Translations under genes and position numbers: made by a program
The notes under the pieces: generated by a model
Told to the model about the DNA's origin: nothing
The model's input: the letters and a program-made list of their open reading frames with translations, nothing else
Database searches by the model: none
Source of the DNA: a virus
Taxonomy: Duplodnaviria; Caudoviricetes
Length of the DNA stretch: 37,358 nt
Reading direction: 5' to 3' (one strand)
Virus record (IMG/VR): IMGVR_UViG_3300020310_000004
Coordinates: 1-37,358 of that record
In this document: positions 21,401 to 29,600 of the stretch, one piece after another
Layout: the number at the start of each line of letters is the position of its first letter
Numbering within the stretch: position 1 is the stretch's first letter

Positions 21401-24400
21401 TGCATCTCAAATATGGGGTCCATTCTCTCCCTTCCATAGAGGCAGTATTCTTTCCAGTGCAAGAAAAGTAACACCAAACGAATCTTCTAAATTTAAGTTT
21501 AAAAATTATCTTGCCAGAATAGACAAGTTAATACTTAAACCTGGTCAAGGCATGCAATTGGTTATAGGAGTAGATAAAGAAATTCCTAAAGCACCTGCTG
21601 ATGATGTAGATGGTATGACAATAGCAACTATTGTATGGCCACCATATACATTTGATGTTGAAGATGTACAAGTATATTTAATTGATAATCGTAGATACAC
21701 AATGCGTGACATTGGTGTAATTGAAGATAGAGTACAGCATCTAGAAAATGTTACAACATTATCTTTCTTAGAACAAAAAATTGAGAATTTGCAAATTAAA
21801 GATGCTGATGGACTGGATAGATTCAAGAGTGGATTTTTTGCAGATTCATTTAAGAGTAGAGATTTAGTTGATCCTGCTTCACCTGTTGATGTTGATATTA
21901 AAAAAGGTCTTTTAATGCCATTAAAAGATTTTAATTCTATAGATGCAGCAGTAGTTCCATCTTCAGAAGTTCCTCCTGAGACATTAGATACTGAGACAGA
22001 TTATGCTCTATTAGATGAGAATGCTGTAAAGACTGGTAGAATGGTTAGTCTTAAATATACTGAGACAACAATGGTCGAACAGACCTTTGCTACTAGAGTA
22101 GAAAACTTAAACCCATTCTTAGTGCATGATTATACAGGTACACTAAAGTTAAATCCTACAAGTGACAACTGGATTAATACTGTAAACACAGCAGGAGTAA
22201 CAAAAAATAAAACTATCAGAAGACAAAATGTTGATACTAGAGTTAGTTTAACAGAAATTAATGGTGGATTTGGTGAAGATGCATTAGCGTTGAGATCTGT
22301 AGATAGAGTTCAAAAAGTTGAAAGAGATGATATTACATCAGAAAATACTTTTATAGAAAGTGAAACATTTGATCCTTTCATAAGATCAAGAAATATAGAA
22401 TATAAAGCAAGTGGATTAAGACCTAACTCTAGATATTATCAATTCTTTGATGAGATGTCTAATGTAGATGTCGTTCCTAAAGTTATAGGTATTGATAATG
22501 TTGTCGGTGCTTTTACTGTTGGAGAAACAATTACTGCATTAGTCAATGGTGAAACATATCGTTTCAGACTTTGTAGACCAGATCATAAGAAAGGACCTTT
22601 CGCTGCACCTACAAAAACATATGATGCTAACCCTTTAGATATAAACGAAACATTACCTACAGCATACTCACAAGGTTCTACTGCAATTAATATTGATACT
22701 GCTTCACTTGCTCAAGCAGCACAAGGAGACTTCTTTGGTTATCTTCCTATAGGAACTGTCATAGCAGGACAGACTAGTGGAGCACAGGCAACAATTAAAG
22801 ATCTAACATTAAACTCAGACACATTTGGTGACCTTATTGCTGCTATGTGGATTAGAGATCCATATTCAACACCAGAACCACTTGCAAAAATAAGATCAGG
22901 TGAAAGGGAAGTTAAAGTTACTACTGAAGAGAATAATGAAGAAGGTATTAGAGGTGGAACATCAGTATCAGATGCAACTGCTGTATTCTCTGCAAGAGGA
23001 ACTACAAGAATTATACAAACTGATGTAAGTGTAACAACATTAGAAACTACAACAATACAAAGAGATGTAACTATTACATTTACCAATAGAACTGCTCCAC
23101 CACCTCCACCACCTCCTGCACCTGTTATCATAAGACAAACTACAGTTATAAACAGAGGTGTCCAACAAGAGGATAGAAACAATAGAAGAAGAAGAAGAAA
23201 CCGTTGGAGAAGAAGAATAAGGAGAAGAGGGCGTAATAGAGGAAGAAGAGGAAGGAGAGGTGGAAGAGATCCCTTGGCACAATCATTCAGAGTGGGTGAA
23301 GAAGGAGCATATGTAACATCAGTTGATGTATTCTTCGCTGATGTCTCCGATCCAACCGTGCCTTGGTGGGTAGAAATAAGGACAATGCAGATAGGATTAC
23401 CAACAGAACAATTGGTATCTCCTGATGCTAGAGTTGACTTAACAGCAGATGAGGCATTCGTGTCTTCAGATGCTTCAGTTGCAACTAACATCAAATTCCC
23501 AAGTCCAATATACTTAGAACCTGATACAGAATACTGTTTTGTTGTAGGATCACCTTTCAACACATATGAGGTGTTTACAGCAGAGATGGGTCAGACTGCT
23601 ATTAATGCACAGGATTTACCTGCAGTTGCAGGAAATGTTTATAGTAATCAATTCTCAGTTGGTTCTATATTCAAGTCACAGAACTCATCTACATGGACTC
23701 CATGTCAGTTTGAAGACATGTGTTTCAAACTTTATAGAGCAGAGTTTTCTACTGATGATGCTATCATAACTCTCCAGAATCCTCCACTAAGAGGAAATAA
23801 TGGATCGTTACCTGTATTAAATAATAATCCAATACATACACTTCCTAAGAAAGCAACTTTAGGTATTACAACTACAACGACTGCAGGACTTATTGGAACT
23901 GTATTTACAGTTGGTAGAACAATTGGAGATGCTTCTGCAACTTATAGATCTGCTATAATTGAGTCTACTGGAGGACCTGTAGAAGGTATTGGAGCAGATG
24001 GAATACTTGGTATTAACTCATTTGGTTCTAATTATGGAACACCTAATGCTTTTGTAAATACTTATCCGATAACAGGAAAAGGTGCAGGTTTAACACTTCA
24101 TTCTGTGGTTGTTGGTACAGGTGCATCACCTATTACAGGTGTTGCTGTATCTGCAACTGGTTCTGGATATCAAATAGGAGATGTAGTTGGAATTGTAACT
24201 GCTGATATGAGTGGTTCTGGTTCTGGTTGTAGACTTGGTATTGCTTCTCTTGGTGGATTAGATACCCTATTCCTTACAAATATTCAAGCAGAAGAATTTA
24301 CTGTAGGAAATAGTATAACATACAATCACAGTGCAGGAACTGTCGTTGATAGTGGTCTAGATGTAATAACATATGATGCCACTGGTAGTAAGTTTACTGG

Positions 24401-25733
24401 TGAGTATGCTAGGGTTGGTTGTTTTAATCATGGCATGTATAGTTCAGATAACAAAGTTATCATCTCAGGAGCAACTCCTGACACTTTACCAACTGTCACA
24501 TCTACAATAGTCAACTCTACTACGAGTGCTATTGCGATTGGAGATAGTACTGGATTTGATGTATTTGAGGGAGTCCTCGTTAGTGCAGCAAATACAGGAT
24601 ATGCTATAATAAACAGTGAAATTATTTCTTACACTTCTGTTGGAATAAACACTTTAAGTGGAATTGTTAGAGGAATAGACAATACTCAATCTATCAATCA
24701 TGCTCAAGGTTCATCCATACAAAAGTATGAGGTATCTGGTGTTGCATTAAATAAAATTAATAAGACACATGATGTACAGGCATTAGAAAGAAGCATGGAT
24801 ACTTTCTTAATCAAGATTGATAGAGAAGGAAGATCTGTTGACATTTCTGGTGTATCTCAACCACAACTATCATTTAATAGTGATGCGTTTGTTGGTGGAG
24901 AACATGTTCACTCAACTAGAAATATAATGTATGATCATATAACACCTCTAATTGATGTGTTTACACCTAGTGATTTTGATGAAGTAGACATGACTATTAG
25001 AACAGTCAGTGGTACTAGCGTAGATGGAAATGAAGTTTCATTTGCAGACCAAGGATTTGAAGATATTCTTATCAACAAAGAAACTAAATTACCAAACACA
25101 AGATTGGTTGCTTCTGAAGTTAACGAGAATAACAAGTTGACTAACATGTTTAGAAACAAATCAATTACTGCTAGAATGTCCATATCAAACAATGGAAATA
25201 CTTTCAGTTCTCCAATGGTTTGTTTAGATACAGCTGCATTTAAGTTTACATCAAATAGAATCAATAAACCGATCGAAGATGATAACTATGCACATGACAG
25301 TAGAGTTAATCGTTTAACAGGTGATCCACATACTTCATACTACATGTCAAAAACAATTAGTATTAAGAATCCTGCAACATCATTAAAGGTTATAGTTGAT
25401 GCTTACAGACCTCAAGATTCAGACTTTAGGGTATTGTATAGTTTGGTTAGACCTGATGTCAGTGAAGAAGATCAAAAGTTTGTTCTCTTCCCAGGTTACA
25501 AAAATAATATTGACACTACAGGAGATGGTTTTGGAGACACTGCTATTGATCCTAACGAAAACGATGGTCGTGCAGATAAATTTATCGCATCATCAGAGAA
25601 ATTTGTTGAGTATCAATTTACTGTCAATGAGTTAGAACCCTTTACTGGATTCATAATTAAGGTTGTAATGAATGGTACGGATACTGCAAGAGTTCCAATT
25701 CTTAAAAATGTCAGGGCACTTGCATTAGCATGA
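18402..25733 (+). CDS. Large virion structural protein, VrlC/DUF4815-like (2443 aa)
   Basis: NLNISPYYDDFD...RVLFKPGFPVQARELTTMQSILQNQ, APGADRLKI, RTHDESGDY, RRYTMRDIG, RFKSGFFADSF and DPLAQSF motifs. Usual position after gp8 in cyanomyoviruses. Confidence 0.88.
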   Translation: MPQQTNLNISPYYDDFDRTKNFHRVLFKPGFPVQARELTTMQSILQNQVEQFGSHIFKEGSVVVPGGITFDPEYFAVQLDGTHLGTDVEVYLSALKGKKIKGQTSGVVAKVVNCITSSISTNNNPTIFVKYISPGPSGAFDLFSNSELLILQDSVTYGNTTLNIGSSIASTIAVDASLTGSAASIASGVYFVRGTFVRVNEQTLILDQYTNDSTYRVGLQVVESEIAAKEDTSLYDNAKGFSNFAAPGADRLKIELILSKKPITDFDDTDFIEVVRVREGTIEKENNNNSQYNIILDYLAKRTHDESGDYALKPFIVDVQESLNDRQGSGGVYFENETTREGREPEEELTAIKISPGTAYVKGYEYSTQGEIIDCPKARLLQDEFIEESFTFRLGNKLIVQDVKGAPIQGDSVNLRSGISSSIVGTAKVYNFALSDSKYKDKSTEFDLHLFDVQLRNDLQLNEYVTWPRSITVEGAESGARGISVAAGTASSTITVEGVSGRFLDGEQLIFTNDYNLQRSIQKVVRYDINDVENIGDTGNTFYSKKKLFNVLPLGFDKTDLVQIATNGTVTCPGKTFEIFKPNQIITYTVAGETLPQRNVVTEVNADGTNMKLAATTGVANIFLGGLPSSTYTGAIFLGQQQLTSENNSGLYLPFPKSNIGEVDLTEAELLLSDQVTSESTDANGVLVVNTSALSLNDVTFAAFDQERYKVTYSDGTIAIIDDSQVVITSDTLTINNLQFSETSIKVDVTVIKSNIRSKVKEFKKSQSVNITRSSNAATGNAVNIGLNDGLTESALYGLRVQDADISLNCPDVVNVVCVYESLDANAPIFDKLAFTSTDPIFQNAIVGENIIGETSNAVARITEVDVGNSNISIVYQTVDKFNLLENLTFSESNSTAVLQNVINGKFKNITNEYVLDKGQKEQYYGYSSIVRLNDNYIPTKQITVIFDKYDIPSTDTGDVFTVASYDPERFSKDVPDIGLSQTRATDTLDFRPRVDTYDPASQIWGPFSPFHRGSILSSARKVTPNESSKFKFKNYLARIDKLILKPGQGMQLVIGVDKEIPKAPADDVDGMTIATIVWPPYTFDVEDVQVYLIDNRRYTMRDIGVIEDRVQHLENVTTLSFLEQKIENLQIKDADGLDRFKSGFFADSFKSRDLVDPASPVDVDIKKGLLMPLKDFNSIDAAVVPSSEVPPETLDTETDYALLDENAVKTGRMVSLKYTETTMVEQTFATRVENLNPFLVHDYTGTLKLNPTSDNWINTVNTAGVTKNKTIRRQNVDTRVSLTEINGGFGEDALALRSVDRVQKVERDDITSENTFIESETFDPFIRSRNIEYKASGLRPNSRYYQFFDEMSNVDVVPKVIGIDNVVGAFTVGETITALVNGETYRFRLCRPDHKKGPFAAPTKTYDANPLDINETLPTAYSQGSTAINIDTASLAQAAQGDFFGYLPIGTVIAGQTSGAQATIKDLTLNSDTFGDLIAAMWIRDPYSTPEPLAKIRSGEREVKVTTEENNEEGIRGGTSVSDATAVFSARGTTRIIQTDVSVTTLETTTIQRDVTITFTNRTAPPPPPPPAPVIIRQTTVINRGVQQEDRNNRRRRRNRWRRRIRRRGRNRGRRGRRGGRDPLAQSFRVGEEGAYVTSVDVFFADVSDPTVPWWVEIRTMQIGLPTEQLVSPDARVDLTADEAFVSSDASVATNIKFPSPIYLEPDTEYCFVVGSPFNTYEVFTAEMGQTAINAQDLPAVAGNVYSNQFSVGSIFKSQNSSTWTPCQFEDMCFKLYRAEFSTDDAIITLQNPPLRGNNGSLPVLNNNPIHTLPKKATLGITTTTTAGLIGTVFTVGRTIGDASATYRSAIIESTGGPVEGIGADGILGINSFGSNYGTPNAFVNTYPITGKGAGLTLHSVVVGTGASPITGVAVSATGSGYQIGDVVGIVTADMSGSGSGCRLGIASLGGLDTLFLTNIQAEEFTVGNSITYNHSAGTVVDSGLDVITYDATGSKFTGEYARVGCFNHGMYSSDNKVIISGATPDTLPTVTSTIVNSTTSAIAIGDSTGFDVFEGVLVSAANTGYAIINSEIISYTSVGINTLSGIVRGIDNTQSINHAQGSSIQKYEVSGVALNKINKTHDVQALERSMDTFLIKIDREGRSVDISGVSQPQLSFNSDAFVGGEHVHSTRNIMYDHITPLIDVFTPSDFDEVDMTIRTVSGTSVDGNEVSFADQGFEDILINKETKLPNTRLVASEVNENNKLTNMFRNKSITARMSISNNGNTFSSPMVCLDTAAFKFTSNRINKPIEDDNYAHDSRVNRLTGDPHTSYYMSKTISIKNPATSLKVIVDAYRPQDSDFRVLYSLVRPDVSEEDQKFVLFPGYKNNIDTTGDGFGDTAIDPNENDGRADKFIASSEKFVEYQFTVNELEPFTGFIIKVVMNGTDTARVPILKNVRALALA

Positions 25734-25927
25734 TCCCTGTACAAGGACATGATCATCTTTATAGAGATGAAAAAACTGGAGCTATTGTCAATGACGACAA
25801 CTCCAGTTATAATACATACATGCAAATGAAAGGAAAGAAAAGAAAAGAACGAGAGGAAATTGATAATATGAAAAAGGATATTGGTGAGATGAAAGAAATG
25901 CTTAAATTATTAGTTGAAAAATTATGA
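25730..25927 (+). CDS. Conserved small phage protein with C-terminal coiled coil
   Basis: 65 aa, ATGA overlap with the upstream gene. VQGHDHLYRDEKTGAIVN motif recalled from genes that follow VrlC-like genes. Heptad pattern at the C-terminus. Confidence 0.8.
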   Translation: MIPVQGHDHLYRDEKTGAIVNDDNSSYNTYMQMKGKKRKEREEIDNMKKDIGEMKEMLKLLVEKL

Positions 25928-26112
25928 GAGATCCAAAACAAGAGTTTTTGAGATACCATTATGGTGATGATGCTGTAAAAAGTAATTTTAGCGATCTAAA
26001 TGACTTGGAAATCATCAGAAATGATATAGATCGTATAGATAAAAACCTATCTGAAGTTAAATCTCAGTTGCAAGAGTTAGTATTGGAGTTAAGGAAGCTA
26101 AATACCTTATAG
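25924..26112 (+). CDS. Hypothetical coiled-coil protein
   Basis: 62 aa, ATGA overlap, heptad pattern IRNDIDRIDKNLSEVKSQLQELVLEL. Confidence 0.65.
   Translation: MRDPKQEFLRYHYGDDAVKSNFSDLNDLEIIRNDIDRIDKNLSEVKSQLQELVLELRKLNTL
26097..26104 (+). promoter_or_regulatory. Late promoter variant (GCTAAATA) ahead of the fibre/neck genes
   Basis: CTAAATA variant of the late consensus, 28 nt before ATG 26133. Confidence 0.55.
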
Positions 26113-26132
26113 GATAATAGTCGGCATAAAAG

Positions 26133-26468
26133 ATGGCAGTATATGTCTCTAACCTGCAGATAGAATCGGGCTGTGATTTTGAGCATTTATTTGCTCTTGG
26201 TGATAATGATAATCAAACAGTCTTAAATCTAGCAGGATTCACAGCATCATCACAACTGCGTAAATGGGCAGGTGCAACAAGTTATGTTGCCTTTGCATCG
26301 ACGGTATCTAGTCCATTGGAGGGTGAAATAAAAATCTCTATGGCAAGCACTATAACAACCGACATAAAACCTGGTCGTTACCTGTATGATGTTGTCTTGA
26401 ATGACGGTACACAAAAGGTAAGAGTCGTTGAAGGAATGGTCACTGTTCGAGCAGGGGTAACAAGGTAA
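26133..26468 (+). CDS. Conserved small beta-rich virion protein (BppU-N-like adaptor, inference)
   Basis: 111 aa. NLQIESGCDF, LNLAGFTASSQLRK and IKPGRYLYDVVL...RVVEGMVTVRAGVTR motifs common in T4-like marine phages. Confidence 0.8.
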   Translation: MAVYVSNLQIESGCDFEHLFALGDNDNQTVLNLAGFTASSQLRKWAGATSYVAFASTVSSPLEGEIKISMASTITTDIKPGRYLYDVVLNDGTQKVRVVEGMVTVRAGVTR

Positions 26469-26680
26469 TGCCATCATTAAGAGTTGGTACTGGCAGCCAA
26501 GTAAAGGTAATTGCTAGTGGAGCATTAGGAGGCGGTGGAGGAGGTAAACTAGTTTTACTCTCTGATGTAAACGCTAATAATCTAGGTAACGGTAGTTTCC
26601 TAGTTTATGACTCAGCGTCTGCCAAATTTGTAGCACAAACAAATCTACCATCTGTAACTATTGATGGAGGGGAATACTAA
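26468..26680 (+). CDS. Small fibre-associated protein
   Basis: 70 aa, TAATG-coupled at both ends. Gly linker, LVLLSDVN...GSFLVYD motif and IDGGEY terminus. Confidence 0.75.
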   Translation: MPSLRVGTGSQVKVIASGALGGGGGGKLVLLSDVNANNLGNGSFLVYDSASAKFVAQTNLPSVTIDGGEY

Positions 26681-29600
26681 TGTCTGCAACCATACTGATA
26701 AAAAGAACGCAGGGAACATCGCCACCAACCGCAGCACCCGTTGGAACTGGTGTCTCCTTTGGTGAATTAATCTATACATACGATGTTGCCAATGTAGGTG
26801 CAGGTAAATCATATAAGAAATTATACATTGGTGATCCAAGTGGTAACACTGAAGCACCAATACCGATCGGTGGTGAATATTATACACAGGTAATAGCAGA
26901 TAACCCTGCAGATTTTGGTAAACCAGTTGCCAACAAAGCAGTTATTCTTAACTCTGATGCTAAGGTATCAAGTTGGACTGTTGCAACAGATTTACTAGTA
27001 GGAGCTGCAGCAACTGTTTCTGGAGATTTGAGTGTTTCTGGTGACTTAAATGTTACTGGTGATTTAGTATATGATGAAGTAACTGGTAGAAATATTAATA
27101 TCACAGGTGTTGCTACTATTGCTACACTTGGAATAACAAGTTCATTAGATGTAGAAGTTTCTACTGCGGGAGTTGGTGTTGTTACTGCACTATCAGGTGT
27201 TGGTGGTACATTTTTAGATTGGAACGCTACATCAGCACAGTTTGAACAAGTCAATGTAAGTCATGCTGCTACAGTTAGAAACTTAACAGTTACTGGCATA
27301 TCTACGATTGAGAACAACTATGACTTTAGAACTCAGTTAATTAGAATTGGTAGAGAAGCAGGTGTACTAGAAACAGATGGTAACGATCGTCAAGGGTTCT
27401 TTATTGGTAACTTTGCAGGTTCAGAAGCAGGTATATCAACTCTTACAAAAAGAAATATTGCTATTGGACATAGTGCTTTCCAAAAAGGTGGTAAGACACA
27501 AGCAGAATCAAACTTATTTGTAGGTAACTTTGCAGGACAAGGAGCAGAAGGTTCATATAATATTTTCTTAGGAGACAAAGCAGGTCAAGACTTAGGATCT
27601 CAAACAATTATTGAATATGGTGAGACAGGTGAGGCTACAACTATTCAGTTCTCAAATGGTAGTACTTTACCAAATGATCCTTACAATTATAGAGCATATG
27701 GTAGTATAGCAGCTGCAAGTATAACTGACATATCTGGTGGTATGTTTGCTATTGCAGTTGAAGCTCTTAGTGACTTAAGTATTGTTAATACTGCTGTTAG
27801 TGGCAACTTAACATTTACTATTGGTGGTGCAAGTAACGGACACTTAGATAAAACTAAAGCAGGACCTTTTACGATTAAAGGAACTGATGACTTTGCATTA
27901 CTTACAGATACTAATGATGCTATTTACTTGTCAAGTGGTAGCATAGGATTAAGTGGAACTTATGGATTCTTAATCGTAAATGCAGGTATCACAACTACAA
28001 GTGGTAAAGAAAATCATTTACAGAATATTGGTTTAGGTCGTGAGGCATTATGGGGAGCAGGTATATCAACTGATCAAAGTAATAACATTGCTATTGGTGC
28101 TTACTCACTATACAATGTTTTAGGTAATGATAACATTGCCATAGGACAATCTGCAGGTAAGTATAACTCTGGTAGTGGTAATGTAATTATTGGTTTAAAT
28201 CAAGATGTTGCACAAACAACAGAAGATACTCAATTAATAATTGGTTCTGGAGATACAAAATGGATCTCAGGTAATAATGTTGGCTGGGTTGGTATAGGAA
28301 CTACCACACCTGACGCTTTACTCGCAGTAAATGGTGATGTTAGTGTATCTGGAGTTGCTACAATTCCTCAAATTGATGTCAATGATCTTGGTGTAGAGGC
28401 AGCATATGTTACTGCAGGTATTATTACTTCTTTGGTTGGTACTTATGCAACTATAACAACTTTAGATGTAGAAACATTAGATGCTGAAAATATAAACATT
28501 ACTGGAGTTGCTGTTACCGACATAGTTGGTACTGCTGCAACTATATCAGTATTTGACACCGAAACTGCAGATCTTAAGGATGTTAAAATTACAGCAGGTA
28601 TCATTACAGATATTGTTGGTACTGCTGCAACCATATCAGTATTTGATACTGAAACTGCAGATCTTAAGGATGTTAAAATTACAGCAGGTATCATTACCGA
28701 CATAGTTGGTACTGCAGCAACAATTACGACAGTTGATTTCAACACTGCTGATATTGTAACTGCTACAATAGGTTCTGGTATTGTTACAACTCTGGATGCA
28801 TCTTCTGATGTAACCATTGGTGGTGGACTCACTGTAACTCAGTTTGTTGACTTAAACAATAGTCTAGATGTAGAAAAAGATTTCAGAGTTGGTGGTGCAT
28901 CAACATTCGTTGGTAATGTAACATTCAAAGGTGGTACAATTGGTCTTGGTGATTCTGTATCAGATAATATTGTATTTAATGCTGATATTGATTCAAGTTT
29001 CATTCCTGATGATGACGATACCTATAACATTGGTAGTCCTAGTCAACAATGGAAAGATATCTACATTAACGGTGTTGCTTATATTGATGATTTAAGTGTT
29101 GATTCACAAGTTGGTACATATGCAACGATTGGAACTCTTGATGTAGAAACATTAGATGCTAAAGATGTCAATATTACAGGATTAGCAGTCACCGATATTG
29201 TTGGTACTGCTGCTACAATAACAACGATTTCTGCAACAGAAGGAGATATCGTAAATGCTAAAATTACTGCAGGTGTAGTAACATCTCTAGTAGGCACTTA
29301 CGCAACTGTCTCAACGGTTGATATAGAAACATTAGATGCTAAAGATGTTAATATTACAGGATTAGCAGTTACAGATATTGTCGGCACTGCTGCAACAATA
29401 ACAACGATTTCTGCAACAGAAGGTGACATAGTTAATGCTAAAATTACTGCAGGTATAATAACATCACTCGTTGGTACATATGCAACGATTACAACTCTTG
29501 ATGTAGAAACTCTTGATGCTTCAAGCATAAGCATTACTGGAGTTGCAGTAACAGACATAGTTGGTACTGCTGCAACAATCGCTACTTTAGATGTAAGTAA

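Noticed and set aside
22739-23563. 274-aa minus-strand ORF (and 23040-23282) with poly-Gly, Leu and Ser runs
   Set aside because: Antisense shadow of the VrlC-like gene. The runs are simply the reverse complement of the Pro and Arg tracts.
26527-26547. Gly-run DNA (GGAGGCGGTGGAGGAGGT) as a G-quadruplex or slippage site
   Set aside because: Mixed codons encoding a flexible Gly linker explain it, and there is no other support.
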